NCBI GenBank assembly: GCA_011620845.1
Contig: WOYJ01000029.1
Coordinates: forward strand, 1 to 32,700
Reading direction: 5' to 3'
Length of the DNA: 32,700 bases
DNA from: Methanobacteriaceae archaeon
Lineage (GTDB): Archaea > Methanobacteriota > Methanobacteria > Methanobacteriales > Methanobacteriaceae
Positions 1 through 10,548 of the stretch are shown here, one piece after another (positions within the stretch are counted from its first letter, which is position 1; every line of letters starts with the position of its first letter). The notes under the pieces were generated by a model that saw only the letters and a program-made list of their open reading frames with translations, did not search any database and was not told the origin of the DNA. A program made the position numbers and the translations under genes.

Positions 1-5
1 ATAGT

Positions 6-845
6 ATGAATCCCTATGTAGAAATAATAAGGCCTGGAAACGCTATTTTAACGGTTATAGCAGTCTTGCTTGTGGCATTTATAAGCGGAGTCTTTACCAT
101 AGATGTTTTAATAGCATGTGTCGTGGTTTTTATGGCCACGGGCTTTGGTAATGCGGTGAATGATTATTTTGATCATAAGATCGATGCGGTTAATAAACCG
201 GAAAGGCCTATTCCCTCTGGCCGGATGTCCTTGAAGAGGGCTGGATATTATTCACTGGCACTGGCCTTATTAGCCAATATTCTGGCAGTTTTATTCCTTG
301 GTCTTGTACCGGAATTAATTGTACTGGCCAGCACCCTGCTAATGTTTTATTACGCCCACACCCTTAAAAAGAAACTGTTAATTGGCAATTTTAGTATTTC
401 ATTTTTAACTGGACTTAGTTTTGTATTCGGGGGCGTAGTAGTAGGGACAACCATTGATTCCATCTATCTGGGCTTTTTCGCCTTCCTATCCACCATGATG
501 CGGGAGATAATTAAGGATATGGAGGATGTTAAAGGAGATAAGATGGAAGGGGCGGGTACACTGCCCATAGTTTATGGTATGAAGGCATCGTCTATCCTGG
601 GTGCGTCATTCATGATCTTCGCCAGCCTCACCAGCCCCATCCTGTACTTCCTGGGAATATTAACCATATGGTACCTACCCGTTCTTTTCGTCGCCATTTT
701 GATCTTCTTATCCTCTGCAGCATCCATATTAAGGGACCGCTCAACTGAAAATGCCCGTAGAATCTCAGGGAGGGTTAAAATTGGTATGATGGTCACCCTT
801 ATAGCTTATGCTGCTGGTTCACCCTTCTTGCTTTCCCTGCTTTAA
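6..845 (+). CDS. Digeranylgeranylglyceryl phosphate (DGGGP) synthase, UbiA prenyltransferase family
   Basis: Multi-TM 279 aa; UbiA Asp-rich motifs NDYFDHKIDAVNKPERPIPSG and REIIKDMEDVKGD; N-terminal IIRP.N. Confidence 0.88.
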   Translation: MNPYVEIIRPGNAILTVIAVLLVAFISGVFTIDVLIACVVVFMATGFGNAVNDYFDHKIDAVNKPERPIPSGRMSLKRAGYYSLALALLANILAVLFLGLVPELIVLASTLLMFYYAHTLKKKLLIGNFSISFLTGLSFVFGGVVVGTTIDSIYLGFFAFLSTMMREIIKDMEDVKGDKMEGAGTLPIVYGMKASSILGASFMIFASLTSPILYFLGILTIWYLPVLFVAILIFLSSAASILRDRSTENARRISGRVKIGMMVTLIAYAAGSPFLLSLL

Positions 846-876
846 ATTCTTTATCATAAATTAACGGATTTAAAAA

Positions 877-1416
877 TCAATAATCACTCTTCCCAATCAC
901 GTACAGGTAAACACGGTCTTCCCGGTCAACTTCAAGGGGTGTCCATCCACTGAATGTCCATATATGGGAGACCACCCGGGTGCCGGGTTTAAGCTTCATT
1001 TGGAGTTTTTCCTTTAATTTTTCGTTGGTCTTCTGCCAGAGAAAAACAGTTACCACCGTAGCATCGCTTATGTCCTGGTTGAAGATATCTCCCCAGATGA
1101 TTTGAGTCCGCCTGTTAAGGCCCAGTAGTCTGAGTTTCACTCTGGACCAGAGAACCCGGAGTGGATCGGCTTCTATACCAATTCCTATGGCACGGTATTT
1201 GCGGGCTGCCTCCGCAACTATCCTCCCATCTCCTGATCCCAGATCGTAGACTACATCCCTGGAGTCCACCTCCGCCATATCCAGCATCTTATTTATCACC
1301 CTTTTAGAGGATGGTGACCAGGCAGCCCCTATAATAAGGGGCCACATGATTGAAATGGCGATAACTATGACTATAGCTATTATTAGGGGAAGGATTATAT
1401 CTATAAGATTAATCAA
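877..1416 (-). CDS. Membrane-anchored class I SAM-dependent methyltransferase (FAM173/aKMT-like)
   Basis: N-terminal hydrophobic helix, then VYDLGSGDGRI (motif I), GIE, GDIF, VVTVFL, LKPGTRVVSH; TTG start preceded by GAGGT. Confidence 0.85.
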   Translation of the reverse strand: MINLIDIILPLIIAIVIVIAISIMWPLIIGAAWSPSSKRVINKMLDMAEVDSRDVVYDLGSGDGRIVAEAARKYRAIGIGIEADPLRVLWSRVKLRLLGLNRRTQIIWGDIFNQDISDATVVTVFLWQKTNEKLKEKLQMKLKPGTRVVSHIWTFSGWTPLEVDREDRVYLYVIGKSDY

Positions 1417-1564
1417 ATTCTGAACCTCTTAGATTTTTATAGGGATTTGTACTATAAGTCTACTACTCACATTAAATTAAATCAAAGAATGTGCAAATTA
1501 ATATATAAATTGATGGTGTAATCAAAATGTTCTAAAAATTAGGTGCAATGAAATAGTTAAAGAA

Positions 1565-1614
1565 ATTAGTTAATTCAAGGTTAAAAGAGATTAGTGTAAT
1601 TCAAAGGTTAAAAG
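1565..1614. repeat. Imperfect ~25-bp tandem duplication upstream of the tRNA
   Basis: ATTAGT-TAATTCAA-GGTTAAAAG (1565-1587) and ATTAGTGTAATTCAAAGGTTAAAAG (1590-1614). Confidence 0.7.
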
Positions 1615-1648
1615 TAATTTATTCCAGCATCTCGAATCAAAAAATTAG

Positions 1649-1721
1649 GGGCTGGTAGCTCAGGTGGTAGAGCGTTGCCTTCGCAAGGCAGAGGCCGCGG
1701 GTTCAAATCCCGCCCAGTCCA
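1649..1721 (+). tRNA. tRNA-Ala (anticodon CGC), intronless, CCA not encoded
   Basis: Acceptor GGGCTGG/CCAGTCC with G3:U70 Ala determinant and discriminator A; D-arm GCTC/GAGC; anticodon arm TTGCC-TTCGCAA-GGCAG; T-arm GCGGG-TTCAAAT-CCCGC. Confidence 0.96.
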
Positions 1722-1752
1722 TTTAAGGCCCGATAATAGGGAGGATAATAAA

Positions 1753-2472
1753 ATGTCTGAAAAACGAATAAAAGTAGTAGGAAACGGACCATATCTTGTT
1801 AAAGGCAATGTCCCGCTTTATAAGCAGATAATAGTAACTGATGAGGCAGGCCATACCAAGGAATTTAAGGATGAAAAGCAATATCCGGAAAAGGAAACTT
1901 ATATCCTCTGCCGCTGTGGTGAATCAAAGGACAAACCCTACTGTGATGGTACACATAACCATATTGATTTCGACGGTACTGAAGTAGCAAGCAGGAAGCC
2001 GTACGTGGAGAAAGCAGATATTTTTGAAGGGCCCGAGTTAAGATTAACCGATGTATATGAATTCTGCGACCATTCAAGATTCTGCATGCGGGCCGGGGGA
2101 ATCAGGAAACTCATAGGAAATTCAAATGACCCCGAGGCCAGGCAAACCGCCATAGAAGAAGCCATGATATGCCCCTCTGGAAGACTGGTTCTATGGGATA
2201 AAAAAACGGGTGAACCCTTTGAAAAGGAATATGAACAGTCCATAGTCCTGGTTCATGATGAACAGAAGAAGTGTGAAGGGCCACTATGGGTAAGGGGGAA
2301 GATACCCATTGAATCATCCGATGGCAGCGAATATGAAAAACGTAACAGAGTAACCCTGTGCCGCTGCGGTAAATCAGAAAACAAGCCGTACTGTGATGGT
2401 AGCCACTGGATGAACGCCGAACAGAAGCTTAAGTTCCAGAAGAAGTGGGGACTCGACAAAAAGACCGACTGA
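1753..2472 (+). CDS. CDGSH iron-sulfur protein: two CDGSH domains flanking a divergent ferredoxin-like domain
   Basis: CRCGESKDKPYCDGTH and CRCGKSENKPYCDGSH; central CDHSRFC...CPSGRL; ATG 1753 follows GGGAGG (ORF-track start 1675 lies inside the tRNA). Confidence 0.9.
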   Translation: MSEKRIKVVGNGPYLVKGNVPLYKQIIVTDEAGHTKEFKDEKQYPEKETYILCRCGESKDKPYCDGTHNHIDFDGTEVASRKPYVEKADIFEGPELRLTDVYEFCDHSRFCMRAGGIRKLIGNSNDPEARQTAIEEAMICPSGRLVLWDKKTGEPFEKEYEQSIVLVHDEQKKCEGPLWVRGKIPIESSDGSEYEKRNRVTLCRCGKSENKPYCDGSHWMNAEQKLKFQKKWGLDKKTD

Positions 2473-2510
2473 ATTACATCTATAAATATTATAAAAAAAT
2501 TAGAGAAAAT

Positions 2511-3191
2511 ATGGGCCTATCTTCTATACTCGGTTACTTCGAGTCTTTAATTGAAGCTAATACGCCCTTTATTGTAAACAATGCACCATGGGCAGTATTT
2601 TTAGGATGCATAGTAGAACAGGTAATTGCCCCTATACCGGCCAGTCTCATAGTTTTAACCGCAACATTCCTGGTCATGCAGGGGGATGCCTTTTCCTTAG
2701 CATCTCTCGCGACTTTAATAGTTAAAATTGTAATCCCTGCATCGCTGGGTATGACTTTAGGGTCATTTTTCTACTACCTATTAGCTTACAGGTTTGGTAA
2801 ACCTTTCATTGGAAAAACCAGCCGCTTTTTAGGAGTCACTGTAGAAGATGTGGAGAACGTTGAAAGGCAGTTTAAGGAAAGCAGATACGAAGATATCTTC
2901 ATGTTCTTAGCCCGGTGTTTCCCAGTGATACCCAGTATAGCTTTAAACCTGTTCTGTGGCCTGGTAAGATACGATCTAAAGAAATATGTTATAACCATCT
3001 TTTTTGGGTCAGTAGTGCAGATGTTAGGTTGGGGGATCGTGGCTTGGTTGTTCGGAAGCGTCTATGAAACACTAGAGGATACGGTATACTTATTAGGTAA
3101 TGTTTCAGTACTTTGTATAGTCTTTCTCCTTATTTGGTTTGTAGTTATGAAAAAAAGAGGCAGTGATAGAGGGAATATGGATAAAAGGTAA
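2511..3191 (+). CDS. DedA/VTT superfamily membrane protein
   Basis: EQVIAPIPAS, GMTLGSFFYYLLAYRFG, FLARCFPVIPS motifs; ATG 2511 avoids overlap with the upstream gene. Confidence 0.85.
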   Translation: MGLSSILGYFESLIEANTPFIVNNAPWAVFLGCIVEQVIAPIPASLIVLTATFLVMQGDAFSLASLATLIVKIVIPASLGMTLGSFFYYLLAYRFGKPFIGKTSRFLGVTVEDVENVERQFKESRYEDIFMFLARCFPVIPSIALNLFCGLVRYDLKKYVITIFFGSVVQMLGWGIVAWLFGSVYETLEDTVYLLGNVSVLCIVFLLIWFVVMKKRGSDRGNMDKR

Positions 3192-3208
3192 TAAGGACAG
3201 GTATAAGC

Positions 3209-4082
3209 ATGAACTACCAGTCTTACTATACCATGTTAAAAGAATCTTAATCATAGTACTCGTCCTTAACATAGGAGTTGCCCTGGCCAAGATAATCTAT
3301 GGATACTGGACTAATTCCTTAAGCATAATCTCAGACGGATTCCACTCCCTATTTGATGGCACATCGAATGTCATCGGGATCATAGGTATCACCATAGCTT
3401 CCCGTCTCCCGGATAAGATCCACACCTATGGCCATGAAAAATTCGAAACCTTCGCTTCCATGGGGATTACATTTTTATTATTTATAACCTGTTTTGAGAT
3501 TCTACAATCTGCCTTTGGCCGGTTTTATCACCCAGAAATCCCTGAGATCACCATATTGGGCTTCCTCATCATGGGAATAACCTTCATCATTAACCTGGTT
3601 GTATCCTGGTATGAAAACAGGGAGGGGGAGAAATTAAAAAGCAATATACTGGTGGCTGATGCCAGACACACCAGGAGCGATGTATATGTGTCTATAGCTG
3701 TTATTTTAGGATTTATTGCCATTCAAATGGGTTTCAGCATAGTTGATCCTATCATCGCAGTTATAATAGCAGTACTAATTGCTAAGATGGGAATTCAGAT
3801 AATCAAAAGCAGTTCCAGTATCCTCCTAGACACGGCACCCCTGGATGAGGAGACAATTAGGAGCATAGTCAGTAAAGTTCCGGAGGTTAAAGAATGCCAC
3901 CGGATACGCTCCAGAGGTCAGTCTTCCCACATATTTGTAGACTTCCATGTGACTCTGGAATCCTTATCATCCCTTTCAGAGCCCATGAAGTAGCATATGT
4001 AGTGGAGGATAAATTGAAAAGTTCCATTCCTGAAATTGAGGATGTGGTGGTCCACGTGGAAGGTGACTCAGATAACTTTTAA
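3209..4082 (+). pseudogene. Cation diffusion facilitator (FieF-like), apparently frameshifted near 3232 and 3980 (pseudogene or assembly error)
   Basis: SDGFHSLFD, HTYGHEKFE, DARHTRSD, HRIRSR motifs in ORF 3163-3993; C-terminal AHEVAYVVEDKLKSSIPEIEDVVVHVE is in another frame ending 4082; likely start MNYQSYYT at 3209 is also out of frame. Confidence 0.8.
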
Positions 4083-4117
4083 GTAACCTTCGAGATATTA
4101 AGATAAAGGTTAAAAAC

Positions 4118-4693
4118 ATGTACATCTGTTTAGAAGGTATCGATGGTTCTGGTAAATCCACCCAGATCACGTTGCTTGAGAAATGGCTTAACGATATTGG
4201 CCAGGAGGTCCTGCGAGTCCGGGAACCTACACAATCTGATGTGGGGGTTTTGCTCCGAAAGATGCTGGCCAGTTCCCAGGCGACAGAGGAAAACGTCCAG
4301 AGAACCCTGGCCCTGCTTTTTGCAGCGGATCGAACCGTTTTAATGAAGGAAATAGAGGAAGCAAAATCTGCAGGTAACGTGGTGATAAGTGATCGATGCT
4401 TCTATTCCAGTATGGTGTATCAAAATGATATAGAATGGATATCCCAGATAAACAAATACGCGAAAAGGCCGGATATAACCATACTGCTTGATCTGGAGAC
4501 TGAAACTGCACTTAAAAGATGTGAGGGCAAGGATCACTTCGAAAATATGGATTTTCTAAAGAATGTCAGAGATAAATATCTGGAACTGGCAGAAAAAGAA
4601 GATTTCTACGTTATAAACGCTAATAATGGTATAAACAAGGTACATGATGATATAAAGAGGGTTCTCTCACCTAAATTTGGAGTCTGTATCTGA
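4118..4693 (+). CDS. tmk: Thymidylate (dTMP) kinase
   Basis: LEGIDGSGKST P-loop, REP, LLFAADR, ISDRCFYSSMVYQ. Confidence 0.95.
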   Translation: MYICLEGIDGSGKSTQITLLEKWLNDIGQEVLRVREPTQSDVGVLLRKMLASSQATEENVQRTLALLFAADRTVLMKEIEEAKSAGNVVISDRCFYSSMVYQNDIEWISQINKYAKRPDITILLDLETETALKRCEGKDHFENMDFLKNVRDKYLELAEKEDFYVINANNGINKVHDDIKRVLSPKFGVCI

Positions 4694-4870
4694 ATTACTT
4701 CGTTTAAAAAATAATATCAAAAAAAATTGAATCACCATAAAAAAAATTTAAGTACTATTTTCACCATAATAATCTTTAATTAGGCTTAAATAGGAAAAAA
4801 TTGGAATATCAAGATGTATGGAATATTTAAAGGTAATACAAATAATCAAGAAAGAGGAGTGTTCTTTTAG

Positions 4871-5287
4871 ATGATGGACAAGGATGAACTCATAGACATG
4901 ATAATAACCACGCCTATAGAGAAGATTGAAGGTCCTGAAGATGTCTGGGAAGCACATATAGACCTTGGAGATGATAAAACACTGGTGGTTGGGTATAAAG
5001 GAGAGGAGGATTTCTGTGATGAATCTGATGAGGAATGTGTGGTGACCTATTCCTGGTACTGGGAACTTCGTAACTCAGACAGCTGGGATCTTATACAGGA
5101 AAACCGCGATGGCGACCTGACTTTCTGTACGCCTTCACAGAAGGAGCCCTGGAGTGATGAAAGCACCTTCGAGGAGATCGGTGACCTGTCCAGCTCAAAG
5201 ATATGTACCTTCAGCGACCAGAACCATATAGAGGATATAGCTCCAGATATAGCCGATGAAATCACCGACTGGTTGGAGAAAGATTGA
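4871..5287 (+). CDS. Highly acidic hypothetical protein
   Basis: 138 aa ORF with GAGGAG upstream, GC-richer than AT-rich flanks; no recognised motif. Confidence 0.7.
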   Translation: MMDKDELIDMIITTPIEKIEGPEDVWEAHIDLGDDKTLVVGYKGEEDFCDESDEECVVTYSWYWELRNSDSWDLIQENRDGDLTFCTPSQKEPWSDESTFEEIGDLSSSKICTFSDQNHIEDIAPDIADEITDWLEKD

Positions 5288-5393
5288 AAAAAAATCTAGT
5301 ACATTCACTGATAAAAACGGATCCTTTAACGATTGATAAATGAATACTTTAATGATATACGAACAAATTACTTATTTTTATTTAAAAAAAGAG

Positions 5394-5606
5394 TTAAGGA
5401 CCACTTAATTCCTTAATTCTTTCATTTAGTGCCTTGACTATATAGTCCCTGGCTTCTTCCAGTTTTTCTTTTTCTCCTAATAGGTAGGGACCGTCTTCGG
5501 TTTGTTTGACGGTAATTTCTGGATATTCCTCCAGTAACTTGGCCAGGATCTGTCCGTGTACTCCCCGAGGGATCATCATTTCGTACTTGGTAACTTCTTC
5601 TTCCAT
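5394..5606 (-). CDS. Small hypothetical protein (70 aa) downstream of tyrS
   Basis: ATG 5606 preceded by SD-like GAGTTGAT; globular composition; same strand as the mcm-tyrS run. Confidence 0.75.
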   Translation of the reverse strand: MEEEVTKYEMMIPRGVHGQILAKLLEEYPEITVKQTEDGPYLLGEKEKLEEARDYIVKALNERIKELSGP

Positions 5607-5663
5607 GGAAATCAACTCTTTTTAATATAAATTATCTATTATGTTTAAATATTACATTCCTGG

Positions 5664-6626
5664 TTAATTGTCCTTTAAATATTTCCTTACAGGCTCAAAT
5701 ATTTGGATAAGCTTATCAGCCACTGCATTTTTAAGGTCCAGAGGATGCAATTCCTTCTTCTGGTAGGTATCCTTTAACTGCTCCTGGGTTAATTCCAGGT
5801 TCCCCCCGAATTTGGGTGGTCTTTCTATGAGCAAGATACGAGTTTCAGTGAAAATAAAATGTTCAGCTATCTCTATGATGGGATTACCTTCCACCTGGCC
5901 CTGTGGACAGTAGCTCTTCTTAATTTTTGCTTTTATTTCCTCAGGTGTATCATCGATGGCTATGAAATTCTCCTTAGAGGAAGACATCTTATCTGATCCA
6001 TCAGTCCCATGTAACAGGGGCGTATGTATACAGACGGGGGGTTCATACCCCATTTTGGGTAGGTTCTCACGGGCGAGCATGTGTATCTTACGCTGCTCCA
6101 TCCCCCCCAGTGCCAGGTCTGTTTCTAAAAACATCATGTCTATAACCTGCATGAGGGGGTAGATGACCTCGGCCACCTTATGGTCTTTGCTTTCCCTGGT
6201 TATCTGGGCCATGCTCCTTTTAGCCCGGGCCAGGGTGGTTGATAGAGCTAATTCATATACCTTGTAGGTGTAATCCTCCCCGGTCTGGAAGGTGGAGCCT
6301 AAAATGAACTCGGTATCCTCACCTAAACCCAGGGCACGGAAACATCTTATGTTATAGTCTGAGATTTCTTTGATCTCCTCCAGACTTCCCTTACCATTTA
6401 AGTAGGCATGTAGGTCGGCCAGGAGGATTTTGATTTTAAAGCCAGCTTCCTGGAGGTTCATCATCTTCCGGATGGTGATGGCATGTCCTAAATGGATCTT
6501 ACCAGAGGGTTCAAAGCCGATGTAGGCCGTCTTTGTTTCCTTTTTGATCTTATCCTCCAGTTCCTCCCGGGTTACTATTTCCAAAGTGCCTCTACTTATC
6601 AGTTCTATTTTAGATTCTAATCCCAT
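5664..6626 (-). CDS. tyrS: Tyrosine--tRNA ligase (archaeal type)
   Basis: [14 protein letters not shown] (HIGH), [22 protein letters not shown]. Confidence 0.97.
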   Translation of the reverse strand: MGLESKIELISRGTLEIVTREELEDKIKKETKTAYIGFEPSGKIHLGHAITIRKMMNLQEAGFKIKILLADLHAYLNGKGSLEEIKEISDYNIRCFRALGLGEDTEFILGSTFQTGEDYTYKVYELALSTTLARAKRSMAQITRESKDHKVAEVIYPLMQVIDMMFLETDLALGGMEQRKIHMLARENLPKMGYEPPVCIHTPLLHGTDGSDKMSSSKENFIAIDDTPEEIKAKIKKSYCPQGQVEGNPIIEIAEHFIFTETRILLIERPPKFGGNLELTQEQLKDTYQKKELHPLDLKNAVADKLIQIFEPVRKYLKDN

Positions 6627-6696
6627 TCTATCACTATTAGTTTGAATATGAAAAATTTACCTTATTGCAAAATTTACCTAATTTGTACCTATTAGT

Positions 6697-7752
6697 TTAA
6701 TCTAATAAATAAAAAACGTTACCTATCTCCACCACTTTTACCTCTTCTCCAATGGTGATGGGGGGAGAGTCCTGGTGGATGGCGATATCCACCGGTTGGT
6801 AAGTTTCGGGGTGTAAAATCTGGATGGATTCTGGTGTTTTAGATGAGACCAGGACTGATTTGACTTCGTCTTTCCTGGCCACCACTTCCAGTTTCCCAGC
6901 GGACTTCCAGGGTATCGATATTCTCTCTGAGGATTCTAAATCCTTTAAGTAAATTTTACTCCCATCGTAACCAGTTACCTGATTCGGTAAATCATGGTAT
7001 TTAACGAAATCACCCTTCAGAAAGTGGGGGAGTCTTAAAAGTATCCAAACCCTGTAGAGATCCTTTCCCGCACTTTTGTCACGGCCCATTAATCGGGGCG
7101 ATTTGTTAATCATCCCTCCCAATTTGTTTTTAAGTGATTCAGTGAGTTTTCGGGCGACCTTGTAAGAACCGATGTAGTAGTCTACTCCCTCTTTTATCTG
7201 GGTCCTCTGGGAGATGTAGGCCATTCTGTTTTCCTGGGAAAGCTTTTCCAATCGTGTCCTTAAATCTTCATCGGCAGTTTCAATTTCCTCTGCAGAAAGG
7301 CTCCTGTCATCTGCCCTTAACTGTATAACCGCCTCATAGTATCCTGATGCATACTTGCTGCACTCGCTGCAGACGGTCTTATCTATTTTAACCTTCACCA
7401 GGAATTCCTGAGACACTTCTCCACCTAAAACCTGTCCAGTTACTTTAATTAGAAATTCAAGGATTGATCCACGGACATTTTCAAGTTCAAGCACTATATT
7501 GGTGTCTGATGCTAACTCAGAAACTTCGATATGTTCTAAAATAGTTTCAACCGCCTGGTCTTCAAGGAACAGGTTCGAATCGTACCATCTACCTTTTTTC
7601 TGGACTGATCCGCACTGGGTGCAGGTGGTTAAATTTATTTCATCCGGAACAGTAATTAGATTGAAATCTTCAATAAAACAAGAGCGGCAGAGACCATTGA
7701 AAAGTTCTTCATCAGTCTTTCCACACCGGGGGCAGAATGCTTTACCTTTCAA
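6697..7752 (-). CDS. NMD3 family ribosome biogenesis protein
   Basis: Four CxxC pairs (CPRC, CRSC, CTQC, CSEC) and YYEAVIQLR motif. Confidence 0.9.
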   Translation of the reverse strand: MKGKAFCPRCGKTDEELFNGLCRSCFIEDFNLITVPDEINLTTCTQCGSVQKKGRWYDSNLFLEDQAVETILEHIEVSELASDTNIVLELENVRGSILEFLIKVTGQVLGGEVSQEFLVKVKIDKTVCSECSKYASGYYEAVIQLRADDRSLSAEEIETADEDLRTRLEKLSQENRMAYISQRTQIKEGVDYYIGSYKVARKLTESLKNKLGGMINKSPRLMGRDKSAGKDLYRVWILLRLPHFLKGDFVKYHDLPNQVTGYDGSKIYLKDLESSERISIPWKSAGKLEVVARKDEVKSVLVSSKTPESIQILHPETYQPVDIAIHQDSPPITIGEEVKVVEIGNVFYLLD

Positions 7753-7840
7753 TATTATCTCTACTCAAAAAATTTTGTAATAAAAAAAATTCTATTTATT
7801 TAACCCCGTAAGTAATATCATTGGGGGACAAATCCCAAAT

Positions 7841-8248
7841 TTAAAGGGTTTTAAGGGGGGCTTTAGCACCGCAGGCTTCACATTTAAGCAGGAATATGCG
7901 GTCTTCCCTTATTATGCGAGTGTCCGGCCTGTTGCATTCATGACACATGATGAATCTTTGCACGTAGTCATCTATCCTGTCGTTTATGAGATAGTGGGTG
8001 AATTTTCCCTGCATTATGGCCCGGCTACCCTCCAGGTTTCCTGCTGTACCCAGCTCCCTTAGAAGGAACTTCAGAATATGCTGGGGATCCCGGTTAAGGG
8101 CATCTGCGATCTCTGAAAAATTCTGGATAATGGTCCGATTACCCTGTATCATGGAGTATGCTTTAGGAACCTGGAATCTCTTGGTTTCCAGTACTTTCTG
8201 GGGCAGTTGATCTATGGCCCGGTCTAATAATTCGTTATAATCGCTCAT
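7841..8248 (-). CDS. eif2b: Translation initiation factor aIF-2 subunit beta
   Basis: [22 protein letters not shown]-terminal CHECNRPDT...CEACGA zinc ribbon; GGAGG RBS. Confidence 0.96.
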   Translation of the reverse strand: MSDYNELLDRAIDQLPQKVLETKRFQVPKAYSMIQGNRTIIQNFSEIADALNRDPQHILKFLLRELGTAGNLEGSRAIMQGKFTHYLINDRIDDYVQRFIMCHECNRPDTRIIREDRIFLLKCEACGAKAPLKTL

Positions 8249-8445
8249 GGTAAAAAACCTCCTGTAAATAAAAATAAACTGTTTAGTAGTGAGATAAATT
8301 TAGATATTAATAGTTAAACTTCTGGCTATATATATTATTTCCCTTACCTAGATCCTATCTAGATAATATTTCCCTACTTAGAAAAAAGTTCCCTACCAAG
8401 GAAAAATAGGATAAAAATTCGGAAAATCAACCTCAAAAAAATGAA

Positions 8446-10464
8446 TCATACAACCTTATAATAACCCTGTTTAGGTTCGTATATGGTTCCATTCCTCTTT
8501 AAGACCCTTATAACTTCTTCAACTTTTTCTTCATCCATGTTGTACCTGTTTTCCAGTTCGTCCATCAGTATCTGTTTAGGGGCCTTGCCGTTGTACTCGT
8601 CTTCCAACCGTTTAATGGTCTCGCTAATCAGTCGGTACTTATCACGGTCTGATTTAGGTGTTCTTCCTTCCACCTTATCTATGTCCACTTTACCGGTTTC
8701 GGGATCGTAACCCACCTGTTTTAAACATTTCTGCTCCAGTGAAATGGCTCTATTGGCATCATAATCCGTAACTTCGGGGCTGAGACGGATACGGGCGCTG
8801 GCTTCAGATAGTCTGACGAGAGCTTCCAGTTGTCTGGCAGTTATAGGTACTGGTGCGTCTTCTTCATCATCCACACCACCCCTCATTCCCACATAGAACT
8901 CCTCAAGTACTCTCATGGCTTCCTGGGTTAGTTTGGGGTGTACTTCCTTCCTGGCATAGGCGATGTATTTACGCAGTAATTCCGGGTCTATCTCAAAGGG
9001 AATGGAAGTGTTTTTATGGATGCGTAGTATGTGGCCGGCTAATCTTTTATCCCGGTCGGGGTCTGGTTTATCTTCTATTACGAAGATCAGGTCGAAACGG
9101 GAAAGTATGGTTGAGGGGAGGTTGATCTGTTCTGCCGTTGGTTTGAAACGATCGAACCTTCCATATTTGGGGTTGGCCGCTGCGAGAACTGAACACCTTG
9201 AGTTAAGGGTGGCCATGATACCGGCCTTGGCTATACTGATGGTCTGCTGTTCCAGGGCTTCGTGGATGGCTGATCTGTCTTCTGGACGCATCTTATCCAG
9301 CTCATCAACACACACGTTACCCCGGTCTCCCAGTACCAGGGCTCCTGCTTCCAGGGACCATCCTCCCAGTTCATCACGCACCGCTGCCGCGGTTAGACCC
9401 ACTCCACTGGTACCTTTACCACTGGTGTAGATTCCCCTGGGCGCCAGTTTTGATACGTATTTAAGCATCTGGGATTTACCGATACCCGGGTCTCCCATGA
9501 TGAGGATGTGGATGTCACCTCTGATCCGGGTTTTATCTTCCAGTATTTTGGCGGAACCTCCAAATAGCTGTAAGGCGATGGCTTCTTTCACTTCCCGGTA
9601 ACCCTGTATAGATGGAGCTGTGGAGTTAATAATCTTCTCGTAGACCTGGGGGTCGGCTGCTAATCGTTTTATTTCTTCTTCATCCTCGGGGTCTATCTTA
9701 AGCTCCTCAAATTCCTGTTCCAGGGGTTCTATGTAGTTCCCGTAGATGTAGTTTTTGAAACGTTTGGTCTTCTCGTCCCGGACTGTTTTAAGCTGTCCAA
9801 TTATACGTACAATATCTCCTGGTGTTAATTCATCCACCAGGTCGTCTTCCAGAGTTACCACTATCTGTCTGGGCTGTTCTCCTCCAGAGAGATTTTCCAG
9901 TGGTTCTTGCAGTTTGGTGCTCTGGGTGTCCATGAACTTGGACTCTTCCTGTAAGAGCCGGAAAGATCGACCGCCACACTCCTGGCAAATCGCTGGTTCG
10001 CTTATTAGACTGCTTCTTTGGGGGATCTCGTGCAGCCTCATACAGCTTCGACATTCAAAAGTAGCGTTCACTATTCTGGGACGAATCTCGTCAGTTTTAC
10101 GTACTATGCCATCTACAGCCACGAATTTACCGATGTACTTACTCCTTAAGAATCTCAAGGGTATGTTGTTTCCTATGTTCTCAAATCGGATATTTAATTC
10201 AGCGTTCTTTCGCAGAGGATCGATGTTGCGTATAGCTTTTTGTGCCGCCTTTATAACCTCTTCAGGCTTTTCTATCAGAAGGTCGGCAAGATCTGCGTAG
10301 AACATTTCCAGATCTGTATAGTCTACCACTATGGATCTTTCATCGGGGTATTTCTCCAGGACTTCAAAGATTTTATCCTTATATTTATCACTGGAAAAAA
10401 AATCCTCAAACTTGGCTACGGAAGTTTTGGTTTTATCGGTTGCAATTTCGGCTGATGTTGGCAT
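8446..10464 (-). CDS. mcm: Replicative helicase MCM (no intein)
   Basis: C4 zinc finger [16 protein letters not shown] Walker A, CVDELDKM Walker B, LSRFD Arg finger, [10 protein letters not shown] 10464 has GGAG RBS. Confidence 0.97.
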   Translation of the reverse strand: MPTSAEIATDKTKTSVAKFEDFFSSDKYKDKIFEVLEKYPDERSIVVDYTDLEMFYADLADLLIEKPEEVIKAAQKAIRNIDPLRKNAELNIRFENIGNNIPLRFLRSKYIGKFVAVDGIVRKTDEIRPRIVNATFECRSCMRLHEIPQRSSLISEPAICQECGGRSFRLLQEESKFMDTQSTKLQEPLENLSGGEQPRQIVVTLEDDLVDELTPGDIVRIIGQLKTVRDEKTKRFKNYIYGNYIEPLEQEFEELKIDPEDEEEIKRLAADPQVYEKIINSTAPSIQGYREVKEAIALQLFGGSAKILEDKTRIRGDIHILIMGDPGIGKSQMLKYVSKLAPRGIYTSGKGTSGVGLTAAAVRDELGGWSLEAGALVLGDRGNVCVDELDKMRPEDRSAIHEALEQQTISIAKAGIMATLNSRCSVLAAANPKYGRFDRFKPTAEQINLPSTILSRFDLIFVIEDKPDPDRDKRLAGHILRIHKNTSIPFEIDPELLRKYIAYARKEVHPKLTQEAMRVLEEFYVGMRGGVDDEEDAPVPITARQLEALVRLSEASARIRLSPEVTDYDANRAISLEQKCLKQVGYDPETGKVDIDKVEGRTPKSDRDKYRLISETIKRLEDEYNGKAPKQILMDELENRYNMDEEKVEEVIRVLKRNGTIYEPKQGYYKVV

Positions 10465-10548
10465 AAAAAAGTTACTCCTACAAAAATAATATGGGTCACT
10501 AAACAATAAATGTAATGGTGACTTTTAAGTACTCCTATGTAAATCATC

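Noticed and set aside
1675..1752. N-terminal extension of the CDGSH ORF and antisense ORF 1608-1808
   Set aside because: Both overlap the tRNA; the real start is ATG 1753 with an RBS
3960..3993. Programmed frameshift or TAG read-through in the CDF gene
   Set aside because: The continuation is in another frame, so read-through cannot explain it; no in-frame X XXY YYZ slippery site; a second indel near the start points to decay or error
1700..5393. Integrated element at tRNA-Ala
   Set aside because: No integrase, no duplicated tRNA 3' end found, and the core gene tmk follows within 2.4 kb
8249..8445. Replication origin near mcm
   Set aside because: Only short degenerate TTCCCTAC-like repeats; no recognisable ORB boxes and no cdc6/orc1 in the window
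8483..10455. Long antisense ORFs opposite mcm (and similar ones opposite DRG, thi4, rfc, topA)
   Set aside because: Shadow frames of conserved genes, with no motifs
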